A DNA stretch of 64,000 nucleotides from an uncultured Acidimicrobiaceae bacterium (GCA_964648795.1 CAZYMB010000005.1:44345-108344); one strand, 5' to 3'. Shown: positions 28,599 through 38,985, counted from the stretch's first letter. The notes: generated from the letters alone by a model not told the origin. Numbers and translations: made by a program.

Positions 28599-29993
28599 GT
28601 GAAATTACAAGACCTAATAGTCGCAGCTAATCGACTACCGATCCGGCAAACGTTGGATGCGGACGGCAAACTGTCATGGTCGACATCACCCGGTGGCCTG
28701 GCGTCAGCCTTAACGCCCGTTATGCAAAAAGCTGACAGCGTTGTTTGGGTTGGCTGGCCAGGAAATAACGCTGAGGAAGGTCTCGAAAGATTTTCCTCCG
28801 ATGGGATCGACCTTATCCCAATCAACATGAGTGTAAATGAAATAGAAGCTCACTACGAGGGCATGTCCAACGGCACACTGTGGCCGCTTTACCACGACAA
28901 GGTTGTAAACGCGGTCTTTCACAGACGATGGTTCGATGCCTACAAGAAGATCAATGAAAGGTTCGCTCACTCAATCATCCCTTTAGTGTCAGCTGACTCG
29001 ACCGTCTGGGTGAATGACTACCAGCTTCAATTAGTTCCAAAAATGATTCGTTCCGTTAAGCCGGAAGCCAAAATTGGTTTCTTCTTACATACCCCGTTTC
29101 CGCCGCCCGAGCTGTTCAAACAGTTGCCTTGGCGCGAAGAAATAATACAAGGCTTGCTCGGCTGCAACCTAATTGGGATGCAGACACCAAATGACGCTGA
29201 TAACTTCCTCCTAACCGTCAAAGACCTAGGACTTGGCACTATTACTGACTCTGTAATCCACCATGATCGTGGAACAACTGAGATAGAGGCATTTCCTATA
29301 GGTATTGATTTTGACACCTATGCTGATGCCGCAAAGACTAAGGAAACCGCAGAAAGAGCAGATCAGATCCGTAGCCTACTTGGCAACCCAAAGACCGTAA
29401 TTCTCGGTGTGGATCGCCTCGACTACACCAAAGGAATTGAAATTCGATTGCGAGCCTACAAAGAGCTGCTCGAAGAATCTCGACTGGACCCTGCCACGGT
29501 TGCGATGGTACAGGTGGCTACGCCGAGCCGCAACAATGTACGCGCCTACGATAAGATTCGTTCTGAAGTAGAACAAGCAGTTGGCAATATAAATGGACGC
29601 TTTGCCAAACTAGGACGCCTCCCCATCCACTACCTGGGGCAAGATCAGAACTTTTCCGAACTCTTGGGGTTATACCGAGCCGCCGACATGATGCTCGTCA
29701 CTCCATTCAAAGACGGCATGAATTTAGTCGCAATGGAATACGCTGCAACCAAGTACGACAACACCGGTTCGCTTATCTTAAGTGAGTTTGCCGGCGCTGC
29801 TTATATTTGCGATGGTGCTCTGACGGTTAATCCGTACGCTATAAACGAACTCAAAGACGCAATTATGGAATCGATCAGAATGCCTGAGGCCGCAAAACTG
29901 CGACGAATGGAAATTCTCCGAGATTCAGTCAAACGAAACGACGTCAATCAATGGGCCGAGAGTTTTGTAGGGGCGCTCAGTAAAGCCGGTTAA
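28599..29993 (+). CDS. otsA: Trehalose-6-phosphate synthase
   Basis: [72 protein letters not shown]. Confidence 0.96.
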   Translation: MKLQDLIVAANRLPIRQTLDADGKLSWSTSPGGLASALTPVMQKADSVVWVGWPGNNAEEGLERFSSDGIDLIPINMSVNEIEAHYEGMSNGTLWPLYHDKVVNAVFHRRWFDAYKKINERFAHSIIPLVSADSTVWVNDYQLQLVPKMIRSVKPEAKIGFFLHTPFPPPELFKQLPWREEIIQGLLGCNLIGMQTPNDADNFLLTVKDLGLGTITDSVIHHDRGTTEIEAFPIGIDFDTYADAAKTKETAERADQIRSLLGNPKTVILGVDRLDYTKGIEIRLRAYKELLEESRLDPATVAMVQVATPSRNNVRAYDKIRSEVEQAVGNINGRFAKLGRLPIHYLGQDQNFSELLGLYRAADMMLVTPFKDGMNLVAMEYAATKYDNTGSLILSEFAGAAYICDGALTVNPYAINELKDAIMESIRMPEAAKLRRMEILRDSVKRNDVNQWAESFVGALSKAG

Positions 29994-31242
29994 GAGTCTT
30001 AAAGAACTCAGGAAATGTTTTGTCGACACATCTCGGATTTTCTATTTCGATTCCAGCGTTCGTTAGCCCTAGCACTGAGAAACTCATTGCCATTCGATGG
30101 TCATCGTAGGTTTGCACTTTTGCTGGCTGTACTTTCGAAGCCCGAACAACAAAACCATCTTCAAATTCTTGTGCTGACACACCGCAACGTTTCAGCTCAG
30201 CCACGGTTGACCCCACACGGTCAGTTTCTTTATTGCGGATAAACCCAATGCCTGAAACAACGGTTTCACCTATTGCACTAGCAGCTACCACGGCCAGCGT
30301 CTGTGCCACATCAGAGCAATCAGACATATCGACCTCGACCCCAACCAGCTCCTCGGGACCAGTCACAGTAATAGAGTTGGACCCGTAGGAGACCTCTGCC
30401 CCCATAGACCTAAGGATCTCAGCGAATGCAATATCGCCCTGTATCGAACTACGACTGAGCCCTACGATTTCGACTGTGCTTTTGCTAACAGCAGCAGCGG
30501 CCATAAAGTAGGAGGCAGCCGAAGCATCGGGTTCAATTTCGATATTGGCGCCACGATATCGGGTGGGCGCAATCTTAAAGTCTGTTAGGTCGGCGTTGAA
30601 ATCTACAGCAGCACCAAACTTGTTCATAACATCAAGCGTCAATGAGATGTATGGTTTCGATACAAGCTCGCCTTGCACTTCGACATTTAACCCCTGAGGT
30701 AGCACGGGCCCAACTAGCAACAATCCGGACAAAAACTGCGACGACAGCTGACCGGACACCTGGCAGCTATTTTTGCTCGGTGTAGCTCCACTAATTTCTA
30801 TAGGCAAGGACTCGCCCTTTAGGTTGGCGCCGAGCTGGTTAAGTGACCTAACTTGATCTCCGAACGGGCGGGCTTGCAGTTGCGAGTCCCCATCGAGGAC
30901 GTATTCACCTTCAGAAAACGATAGGGCCGGTAACAAGAAACGCGCTGTAGTCCCTGACCTATTGGCTGAAACTCGGATCGGCTGAGTTTTTTCATTGACA
31001 GCTAGACCGCTCAGGCCCGAAACGTCAATCGCTGAGCCATCAAGAGTTAGTCGAGTTCCTATCGAGCCCAACGCGTCGAGCATGGCTTGGGTGTCTTCAG
31101 AATCAAGCCAATTGGATAAATGCGATGTTCCATCGGCTAATGCTGCGCACAATAATGCTCGATTCGTATGACTCTTAGAGCCTGGAAGCTCAATCGAAAC
31201 ATCAAATGGGCTGTCTAGGGGCAAAATGGCTATGTTCTCCAC
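29977..31242 (-). CDS. aroA: 3-phosphoshikimate 1-carboxyvinyltransferase
   Basis: LPGSKSHTNRAL, SGTTARF, SSQFLSGLL, EPDASAASYF, R.KETDR, TYDDHRMAMSF. Confidence 0.96.
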   Translation of the reverse strand: MENIAILPLDSPFDVSIELPGSKSHTNRALLCAALADGTSHLSNWLDSEDTQAMLDALGSIGTRLTLDGSAIDVSGLSGLAVNEKTQPIRVSANRSGTTARFLLPALSFSEGEYVLDGDSQLQARPFGDQVRSLNQLGANLKGESLPIEISGATPSKNSCQVSGQLSSQFLSGLLLVGPVLPQGLNVEVQGELVSKPYISLTLDVMNKFGAAVDFNADLTDFKIAPTRYRGANIEIEPDASAASYFMAAAAVSKSTVEIVGLSRSSIQGDIAFAEILRSMGAEVSYGSNSITVTGPEELVGVEVDMSDCSDVAQTLAVVAASAIGETVVSGIGFIRNKETDRVGSTVAELKRCGVSAQEFEDGFVVRASKVQPAKVQTYDDHRMAMSFSVLGLTNAGIEIENPRCVDKTFPEFFKTLNRLY

Positions 31243-31337
31243 TTAAAGACTCTAGCCATTTGGGGCCTAACAGTCAGTAACGACGAAGGAAACAACTATT
31301 CTTTCATTCCACTTGCGCTCTTTGAGAGTCTGACCCT

Positions 31338-33311
31338 ATGATTATGCGAGATCTGAGTATTCGGGTCAAAATGAGCGAGGAGAATCCTGTGAAACCCCAG
31401 GAAAACGGCGAAGAAAATCAAACTAGAAACCCATTTGGGTTTAAACAGGTCCTACTTGGCGACCCGGCCACGGTGGCCGTTGTCGTAGGTTCTACCGACG
31501 ACTGGGACACAGAACATATCGAGCGCCTCAACCAGATTTCAAACACAGCAGGCCTGACTCCATTGTTAGACGTCGACTTCACAAGCGACAAACAACCTTA
31601 TGCTGCCTATCCTCTACTCGACTACCCGACTTTTGCAGACGTAGTTGCAGAAAAGAAAGCGACCTGGAAAGACAAAGTTGCGATTCTTTCTGTTGCTGCC
31701 GAGACTCTCCACAAAGCTCACGAACTAGGCCTTGTGCATGGTGCTCTCAGCCCAGAACGCATCTTGGTTAAAGGCGACGATGTGGTCATTGACTCACTCG
31801 GCCTAAGCAAAGGTGGCACCTTGCCAGATGGGTCTGAGCAATACGTTGCTCCTGAAGTGGCTGATGGCACCGAGCCTCGGGCATCTGCTGACCTTTTTGC
31901 TCTAGGAAAAATGATCGACGAGAGCTTTGATAAAGATGACAAGAAGCCACGATCCCTGTCCAGGCTCTCAAAGTGGGCTATTTCAGACGTCCCAGAAACT
32001 AGACCACCATCTGCTGAGGAAATGGCCTCCGTTATGGCGGACAGTCTGGGCGACTATTCTTCTTCATATCGTCCCGGCTACGTCCCAACTACCGACTACG
32101 TTAGTGTTATGGAAAACATCGATAAAGACGTCGCCAACTCCACCAACAAAGACTCAGATGATGCTCTGGACTTTGAAGAAGTTCATGCTGATGAATCACG
32201 AAGAGTCGGTTCTGCAGATATTGCAGACACAGAAGACATCTTCGTATCGGATGAGGAAGAGAAACGTGGAATCGGCTTTGTTGGTGTCGCCTTAATAGCT
32301 GCCCTAGCCGCTGTGCTGGCTTTCTGGGCCTTAAGAGATGACGATAGCGAAATCGCAAGCTCCGACGAAGAAACTGCCGAAGTTGCTGCTCCGACTACAG
32401 ATTCTGACGACGAAGACTCCGACGATGATGAAGCTGAGGAGGACGAAGACGAAGATGAGTCTGATGAAGAAGCTGAAGATGACTCAGAAGAAGACTCTGA
32501 TGAAGAAGATGAAGACTCTGAGCCTGAAGCAGCCGAAGAAGAACCAGCTCCTGTCGAAGAAGCTCCAACCTCAGCTTCTCCAATCGAGCTAACTACTGAC
32601 TCAGAAGGACTTCAGATTGTTAATGCTCTCCCAGAAGAACCAATCGACCTCTACATAGATGGCGAGTTGGCAGTTGCTAATTTCACTTCCGGTACCCTTG
32701 CTGGTCCTGCTGACAACGGAACAGACACATACACCCTCTCAGCTTTCGAAGCAGCTGATTCACCCGCTCAGTCTGATGACGACCGAGACGATGACGAGCT
32801 CATCTCCGAGACTCTTACTTTCGTAAATAGTCCACAATTAGCTTCGATCGCAAATATCGATGGGGAGCTTACTATCGATTCGATAGATCTGGACACAAGC
32901 CAAGTTGCTGCAGGTGAGTCACGAATCACTGTCTTTAACTTCAGCACCGAACCTGCGGAAGGTTCAGTAAATGACTCGCCACTTAGTCTGGAATCAGGCG
33001 ACTCGGCGACTGTAGAAGTAGCAGAAGACTCAGCTGAGATTGATCTTGAAATCGACGGTGAAACAGAAACCGTTGGGCTAACGCAGACCGAAGGTCAACT
33101 CACAAGCGTCTATGTATTCTCTGATGAAAACGGCGAGATTCAGGTCTCAGAGCTAAGAGTCTCAGGTATCGAGACAGCCCCTGCCTCAGTACCAACCGGT
33201 GACAGTGGCCTAGCTGGCACCATGGGAACGAGTCTACAATTTGCTACAATCCTCGCCCTACTTGCCTTTGGAGTTGCCCTACTAAAGGGACGACGTGCGA
33301 GGACTCTCTAG
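31338..33311 (+). CDS. Ser/Thr pseudokinase - TM - acidic spacer - DUF4397-like ectodomain - VPTG sorting signal
   Basis: Kinase subdomains: LVHGALSPERILV (31737), IDSLG, YVAPE, SADLFALG, RPPSA. TM KRGIGFVGVALIAALAAVLAFWAL at 32268. LQIVNALPEEPIDLYIDGELAVANF DUF4397-like start. APASVPTGDSG + TM + KGRRAR tail. Confidence 0.8.
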   Translation: MIMRDLSIRVKMSEENPVKPQENGEENQTRNPFGFKQVLLGDPATVAVVVGSTDDWDTEHIERLNQISNTAGLTPLLDVDFTSDKQPYAAYPLLDYPTFADVVAEKKATWKDKVAILSVAAETLHKAHELGLVHGALSPERILVKGDDVVIDSLGLSKGGTLPDGSEQYVAPEVADGTEPRASADLFALGKMIDESFDKDDKKPRSLSRLSKWAISDVPETRPPSAEEMASVMADSLGDYSSSYRPGYVPTTDYVSVMENIDKDVANSTNKDSDDALDFEEVHADESRRVGSADIADTEDIFVSDEEEKRGIGFVGVALIAALAAVLAFWALRDDDSEIASSDEETAEVAAPTTDSDDEDSDDDEAEEDEDEDESDEEAEDDSEEDSDEEDEDSEPEAAEEEPAPVEEAPTSASPIELTTDSEGLQIVNALPEEPIDLYIDGELAVANFTSGTLAGPADNGTDTYTLSAFEAADSPAQSDDDRDDDELISETLTFVNSPQLASIANIDGELTIDSIDLDTSQVAAGESRITVFNFSTEPAEGSVNDSPLSLESGDSATVEVAEDSAEIDLEIDGETETVGLTQTEGQLTSVYVFSDENGEIQVSELRVSGIETAPASVPTGDSGLAGTMGTSLQFATILALLAFGVALLKGRRARTL

Positions 33312-33927
33312 TCATAGACTAATCTGGTCGTTAATTGGTCTCTCAGCCATTGTTGCTGCGGGGTTTAGTTCGCTTGCCGCAGCATCGACTACTACTGCTC
33401 CGGAGGTCTCAACCGAATCAGTAGATCAACTCGAAGCGAAACCTGATATTGAGATTTCCAAACTGAGTCAATCAGAAAATTCAGACCGGATTGCTCCAAC
33501 TCAAATTGCAGTACCAAGCATCGATGTTGATGCCCCAGTACTAAGTGTCGGTGTCAACGCTATTGGAGACTTCGATGTTCCAGGTGCTGACGCCGCAGGC
33601 TGGTACCAGTTTGGTGCAGGCCCAGGCGATCCCGGCAATATGGTAATAGCAGCTCATGTCGACTACCAAGGTGTTCCAGGGGTATTCTTCGACCTAGCCG
33701 AGCTCAATGAAGGGGAACTGATTCGGGTCGAATCAGACGGAGAATGGGTGGAATATAGCGTCACCAGCACCACTAACTATGAGCGTATCTCATTGCCCAG
33801 TACAGACCTATTTAGCCGCTCTGGAGACCATTCACTCGTTCTTATCACCTGCGGAGGCGACTTTGACCATGTCGAGCGCTCCTATACCGACAATGTTGTA
33901 GTGACTGCTACGCCAATATCGGGCTAG
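33295..33927 (+). CDS. Class F sortase
   Basis: N-terminal anchor, P..I.VPSI.V.A.V, AGWY..G..PG..GN.VIAAHVD, LITCGGDFD...Y.DN.VV. Overlaps the upstream gene by 17 nt. Confidence 0.93.
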   Translation: MRGLSSHRLIWSLIGLSAIVAAGFSSLAAASTTTAPEVSTESVDQLEAKPDIEISKLSQSENSDRIAPTQIAVPSIDVDAPVLSVGVNAIGDFDVPGADAAGWYQFGAGPGDPGNMVIAAHVDYQGVPGVFFDLAELNEGELIRVESDGEWVEYSVTSTTNYERISLPSTDLFSRSGDHSLVLITCGGDFDHVERSYTDNVVVTATPISG

Positions 33928-33936
33928 ACTGAAACT

Positions 33937-34668
33937 ATGGCGCATCCCCGAACAAGCTTGCGGGCGAATGAAAAGGTAATCCTCGATTCGAGGCCTCACT
34001 GGTGGTTTTTTGTACGGCCCATCTCTTTATTGGTCGTCTCCATTGTTGTGGCTATCGTTGTTCTTCTGCGAGCCGATCAAGCTGAAATAGTTGCACAGAA
34101 CCCTGACTTAGATTCAGCCGACTTGGATTTCCTAAACAGCGGCGGCCAAATTGGAATCGGCCAGAACTTGGACTCAATTCTGCAGATTTTAGCCAGTGCC
34201 CTTATTCTTGCATCGCTACTCATCTTGGTTGTCACAGCCGTCACCTGGTATTTCACACACTTCTTTGTAACTGACCAACGTGTCGTGCTTCGAGCCGGTG
34301 TCCTAAACCGAGAAGGTGTCGAGATTCCCCTAGACCGTGTTAACACAGTCTTCTTCGAACAAAACTTTATCGAACGAATCGTTGGTTCTGGTGATGTCTT
34401 GGTCGAATCTGCTGGTGAGAGCGGCGTGCAAAGGTTCTTTGACATTGCCCACCCATTGGCAGTTAAGGATCGATTGCGCAAATACATCGACCTTTCTCAG
34501 AAGAAATCCAAACCAACTTCGGCTGTAAATGCAATGCAGCCAATACCGGCCCCTAAAACAACCCCAATTACCACTCAGATTCGAGAGCTAAGCGACCTTC
34601 ACGAAGCGCAGATTCTGACAAGCGAAGAGTTCGAGTCCAAGAAAGCCGAGTTGTTGGCTCGAATTTAG
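33937..34668 (+). CDS. Bacterial PH-domain (bPH_2) membrane protein with C-terminal SHOCT
   Basis: L..NE.VI...RPHW, two TMs, F.VTDQRV..R.GVL.R...EIPL.R, G.GD..VESAGE, IRELSDLH...ILTSEEFE.KKAELL. Confidence 0.9.
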   Translation: MAHPRTSLRANEKVILDSRPHWWFFVRPISLLVVSIVVAIVVLLRADQAEIVAQNPDLDSADLDFLNSGGQIGIGQNLDSILQILASALILASLLILVVTAVTWYFTHFFVTDQRVVLRAGVLNREGVEIPLDRVNTVFFEQNFIERIVGSGDVLVESAGESGVQRFFDIAHPLAVKDRLRKYIDLSQKKSKPTSAVNAMQPIPAPKTTPITTQIRELSDLHEAQILTSEEFESKKAELLARI

Positions 34669-34681
34669 TAGGATCTGAGGC

Positions 34682-37243
34682 GTGAACAATTTCCGCCTTA
34701 ACCCACAAATTCAACCGCAGCACTACAAGCTTGATCTAGATCTTGATGTTGCCCAAGCAACCTTCGTCGGCTCCGTAGAAGTAACTATTACGGCCGAAAA
34801 ACCAACCCAAGAACTCGTCCTTCATTGTCTAGATCTCGAGATCTCTGAAGCCTCCATTGCTGACAACGATGCGAGAGTCGAGATTGACTCTTGGGCTATC
34901 GATACGACAAGCGAAACAGTTAAGTTTCAACTGACGAAGCCTCTCGAACCAGAAACAGCACTAACTCTTGCGCTCACATTTTCTGGAAGCTTTAACTCGA
35001 AGCTCGTTGGCATCTACCTAAGCACCTTCAAAGACGAGGAGGGCAACGAACAACGTATTGCCAGCACCCAGTTTGAAGCCCCACACGCTCGCCGAGCATT
35101 TCCCTGCTTCGATGAACCTGCTTTCAAAGCAACATATGAAATTAGCCTGACCGCAGATAGCGAACTAGAGGCTATTTCGAATGGTCGTAAGCTTGAAACC
35201 GCAGAGGCGTCACATGGGCGAACCAAGCACAAGTTTGCTACCACCGTTCCGCTAAGCACTTACCTAATAGCGTTCGTTGTTGGGCCGCTAGAGATTAGTG
35301 ACCCGATCGATGTTCGTGGCATCGAGGTACGAATCGCCTACCGCCCTGGTCGTGAAGGGCTCGATGCCTTTGCAAAGCGAGTTGCCGAGTTCTCACTCTC
35401 TTACCTGACTGACTACTTCGACATCAAATATCAGGGAGATAAGATAGACCTGATAGCGCTTCCTGATTTCGAGATGGGAGCTATGGAAAATCATGGCTGT
35501 ATTACCTTTAGAGAAACTGCCCTTCTGGCAGACGAATCTAGGGCAACCCAGCCCGAGCTGGAGAGAACAGCCGACGTCATCGCCCATGAGCTGGCCCACA
35601 TGTGGTTTGGCAACCTTGTAACAATGAAATGGTGGCACGGACTTTGGCTAAATGAAGCCTTTGCTACCTTTGCCGAGATGAAGGTCGTCGACGCTATGTT
35701 CCCCGAATGGGACCGCTGGGGAAGCTTTATGCGCTCGCGATCTGCCGCATTTGAAACAGACGCCACCTCTTCTACTAGGCCAATCGAATTTAACGTTGAG
35801 TCACCGGCTGAAGCTGAAGCTATGTTCGACATCCTCACCTATGAAAAGGGCGCTTCGCTCGTGCGAATGCTAGAACAATACGTAGGAGAAGAGGCGTTCA
35901 GAGACGGACTCCGCCACTATATGGAGACCTTTAAGTTCTCAAATACTGACACTCCGGATCTATGGTCATCGATCGACTCCACGACAAACGGTGCCGCCTC
36001 AGCAATGATGGAAAGTTGGATCTTCACCCCAGGTTTCCCAAGCCTCGAATGTGTAATCATCGAAGATAAACTTACCGTCAGCCAAAACCGCATCGACCTC
36101 GAGGGTGCTAATGCTTCAGACGGTAACCCTTCATGGGTAGTCCCGTTGAGCTACAAGGTAGTCGACGGTGAGAACTCCACGGTTAGTAAAGCCCTACTCG
36201 ATAACAAGAGCGTAGAAATTGACCTCACAGGCGTTAACTACGACTGTGTAGTAGTTAACGCTGGCGGTGACGCATTCGCACGAGTTATATATTCTGAGGA
36301 AATGTTGGCTGATTGTGCTGGGAATCTCTCGTCACTAACCCACATCGAACGATACAACTTGATAGATGACGCCTGGTACTCGGTCAAAGCTGGGCGTAGC
36401 TCTGCTGGAGCGTTTCTTAACCTCCTAGAGTCTTTCTCAGCTGAAGAGTCAAGGATTGTCCTGGGTCGCATAATTACGGGTCTCTATGACCTCTCAGAGC
36501 TCCTTACAGAAAGCCAACTCGATGATTTCTCTTACATTGTGACTGACCTTCTGAGACCAGCTCTCATTCGTATTGGAATGGCACCTGCTGAAGAGGAAGA
36601 TCAATCCCTACGCCAACTTCGAGGTGAGCTAATTTCGACACTAGGTATTCTCGGCCAAGATCCCGAAGTACAGGCAGAAGCTGAGCGTACGCTCTCAGTC
36701 CTTGTTCGTGACCCGGAACTAGTAGAGCCTTCTATTGGGGCCGCTGCAATCTCAATCGTCGCTCGAATTGGTGATGAATCGGATTTTGACCAATTTGTAG
36801 ACTCATGGAAGTCAGCCTCAACTCCTCAGGAAGAACAAAGGTTTCTAGGAGCCCTTCCCCGATTCAAACAACCAGAGCTGCTGGATAGATTCTTTGATTT
36901 AATCTTGGAAAAGAAGATTAAATCTCAAACTGGTCCTTTCCTACTGCGAGCTGGCCTAGCTTCAAGGTCAAACCGAAACGCAACTTGGGAGTTCATAAAG
37001 GACAACTGGGCGTTCTTAACCGATTATTTCGGCGATGCTTCCTTAATACGAATGGTCGACGGAGTGACCAACCTAAACGCTTCGAGCGAAGAGGTCGCAC
37101 AAGTACAGAAATTCCTTACCGACGCCAATCTTAGAGTTGGAGGAAAGACTCTGGAGCAAATATTCGAACGCCAGTCTGTGGCATTAAGTTTGCGTGAGCG
37201 TGAATCAGATCGTTTTAGTCAGCTAACGAAACAGAAAGACTAG
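34682..37243 (+). CDS. pepN: M1 family aminopeptidase (ERAP1/puromycin-sensitive type)
   Basis: TQFEAPHARRAFPCFDEP, GAMENHG, HELAH...W.GLWLNE (HExxH-18-E), YEKGA. Confidence 0.95.
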   Translation: MNNFRLNPQIQPQHYKLDLDLDVAQATFVGSVEVTITAEKPTQELVLHCLDLEISEASIADNDARVEIDSWAIDTTSETVKFQLTKPLEPETALTLALTFSGSFNSKLVGIYLSTFKDEEGNEQRIASTQFEAPHARRAFPCFDEPAFKATYEISLTADSELEAISNGRKLETAEASHGRTKHKFATTVPLSTYLIAFVVGPLEISDPIDVRGIEVRIAYRPGREGLDAFAKRVAEFSLSYLTDYFDIKYQGDKIDLIALPDFEMGAMENHGCITFRETALLADESRATQPELERTADVIAHELAHMWFGNLVTMKWWHGLWLNEAFATFAEMKVVDAMFPEWDRWGSFMRSRSAAFETDATSSTRPIEFNVESPAEAEAMFDILTYEKGASLVRMLEQYVGEEAFRDGLRHYMETFKFSNTDTPDLWSSIDSTTNGAASAMMESWIFTPGFPSLECVIIEDKLTVSQNRIDLEGANASDGNPSWVVPLSYKVVDGENSTVSKALLDNKSVEIDLTGVNYDCVVVNAGGDAFARVIYSEEMLADCAGNLSSLTHIERYNLIDDAWYSVKAGRSSAGAFLNLLESFSAEESRIVLGRIITGLYDLSELLTESQLDDFSYIVTDLLRPALIRIGMAPAEEEDQSLRQLRGELISTLGILGQDPEVQAEAERTLSVLVRDPELVEPSIGAAAISIVARIGDESDFDQFVDSWKSASTPQEEQRFLGALPRFKQPELLDRFFDLILEKKIKSQTGPFLLRAGLASRSNRNATWEFIKDNWAFLTDYFGDASLIRMVDGVTNLNASSEEVAQVQKFLTDANLRVGGKTLEQIFERQSVALSLRERESDRFSQLTKQKD

Positions 37244-37323
37244 CCATTAGCTCGCTTACACAGTCACTAATAGCCGCAGTAGCGATCTCGATAGTCTTAC
37301 CAAGGGTTCGCTTTGGTCGTTAT

Positions 37324-37926
37324 GTGCTATATCCGTTTGCCTTACTAGGCACGTGGGCACACGAAACTGGTCACGGTCTAGCAGCAATTTTGGTCGGTGG
37401 TAAGTTTAAATCCTTAGAGCTCTACTCAAACCTTGGAGGCGTAGCTTACTCAACTGGCACTGCTAACCGCAAAACAGCATTCGTGGCTGCAGGCGGTCTT
37501 CTTGGTCCCGCAATTGTCGGTGCCATCGTCATCTTGTTTTCAGCACGTGAAGAACTAGCTCCCTGGGTCGTACTAGCGATTGCAATTTGTGTGGCATTCA
37601 CTACAGTCCGCTGGGTAAGAAACCGATTCGGTTTCGCTGCAATGATCGCCATCTCCGTTGGCCTAGTTGGATCTACTATCTACGCCCCCGCTAATGTAAA
37701 CATATTTCTGGGTCAGCTGATTGGCATCCAATTCTCCGTTGCCTGCTGGAATACTCTTGATTACATGTTCACAAAGCACTTTTACAACAATGGCCGCCTG
37801 ACGAACTCCGATACTCAAGACATCTCTGAATCCATAGGGTTTCCCTACTGGTTTTGGGCATCTCTCATAAGTCTGGCAAGTGCCGGGCTACTTGGCCTCT
37901 CGTTCTATATTGCGTGGCTAAACTAG
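37324..37926 (+). CDS. Peptidase M50B-like membrane metalloprotease
   Basis: TWAHETGH.LAA...GG, AAGGLLGP, SD...I. The reading frame with a hydrophobic helix continues upstream to 37219 with no canonical start. Confidence 0.85.
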   Translation: MLYPFALLGTWAHETGHGLAAILVGGKFKSLELYSNLGGVAYSTGTANRKTAFVAAGGLLGPAIVGAIVILFSAREELAPWVVLAIAICVAFTTVRWVRNRFGFAAMIAISVGLVGSTIYAPANVNIFLGQLIGIQFSVACWNTLDYMFTKHFYNNGRLTNSDTQDISESIGFPYWFWASLISLASAGLLGLSFYIAWLN

Positions 37927-37930
37927 TCAT

Positions 37931-38380
37931 ATGATTGAAGAACGAATACGTGAAGAAATGAAAACCGCCATGAAAGCTCGCGATAGTGAGCGCTTGAAAA
38001 CCCTCCGTTCATTAGTCGGAGCTATCCAAGTCGAATCTGTGGCTGGCAAATCAGCTACGGTCCTAGATGACAAAGCCGTTATGTCAGTCCTGAACTCTGA
38101 AGCAAAGAAGCGAAAAGAGTCGATAGTTGCATTCACTGAAGCTGATAGACCAGAAATGGTTAAAGCTGAGGAGGCTGAGCTGGAGATCATCGCTGAGTTC
38201 TTACCAGAACCACTGAGCGAAGTTGAGTTAACCAGCATCGTCGATACCGTTATCAGTGAAAATAGCTTCTCATCCCCTGCTGATATGGGCAACACCATGA
38301 AGTTAGTTAACGCTCAGGTACAAGGCAGAGCTGACGGCAAAGCAGTAGCCGATTTGGTCAAATCTAAGCTTCTTGGCTAG
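37931..38380 (+). CDS. GatB/YqeY domain protein
   Basis: I.E.MKTAMKARD..RL..LR, KKRKESI..F..A.R.E....E..EL.II..FLP..LS, DMG..MK.......GRADGK. Confidence 0.93.
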   Translation: MIEERIREEMKTAMKARDSERLKTLRSLVGAIQVESVAGKSATVLDDKAVMSVLNSEAKKRKESIVAFTEADRPEMVKAEEAELEIIAEFLPEPLSEVELTSIVDTVISENSFSSPADMGNTMKLVNAQVQGRADGKAVADLVKSKLLG

Positions 38381-38985
38381 GACTTACTAGCTGCGACTTG
38401 ACTGAGAGCAGGCATTGGTGGACGCTCATGTCCTGACCGTACATCAACAACAGTTGCTGGCTGAGGTGCTTCGATAAATCTGTCCAGTAGCGGTTCGGCT
38501 GCTAAGAGCATAACTGCGATCAATCCATAGCTCAGAGCTTGCTGATCAGCAAATGCTGCAACGGACGTACCCGCTCCTAAAAGAGCCATTGAAATCGCCC
38601 CTGTCATCCCAACTGGATTCTCCTCTAGCCAGGCAATCAAGCCAATTATCGTCGCCAGAACAACTAGTGTGGCCGGCACAACCCAGTCTTGGCGAACCGC
38701 AAAGGCTATGACACCACATGCGGGCAGGGCCCCTATTAGCACTCGACTATACATTGCAACTGCTGCTTTGGGATGCCTTTGTCGGGCCATGTCTACAGCT
38801 CGCCACGCAACAAGTGGACCCAGGATTGCCCAAAGCAGACGATTAAAAGGATGTGTTGGGATTAGGAGAAGGTGCAATATGGCCGCAACAGCAAACAGGT
38901 AACCAAAAAGGGACAAGGCAAAGCCTTGCCTGCTTGCATACAGGTTAACTTCGGTGTCTAACTGCTTATCAGATTCGTAAGACAT
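38377..38985 (-). CDS. Hypothetical multi-pass membrane protein
   Basis: About 6 hydrophobic segments, no motif recognised. Confidence 0.75.
   Translation of the reverse strand: MSYESDKQLDTEVNLYASRQGFALSLFGYLFAVAAILHLLLIPTHPFNRLLWAILGPLVAWRAVDMARQRHPKAAVAMYSRVLIGALPACGVIAFAVRQDWVVPATLVVLATIIGLIAWLEENPVGMTGAISMALLGAGTSVAAFADQQALSYGLIAVMLLAAEPLLDRFIEAPQPATVVDVRSGHERPPMPALSQVAASKS

Noticed and set aside
28599-29993. otsA without adjacent otsB
   Set aside because: Separation of otsA and otsB is common in actinobacteria, and otsB may lie outside the window.
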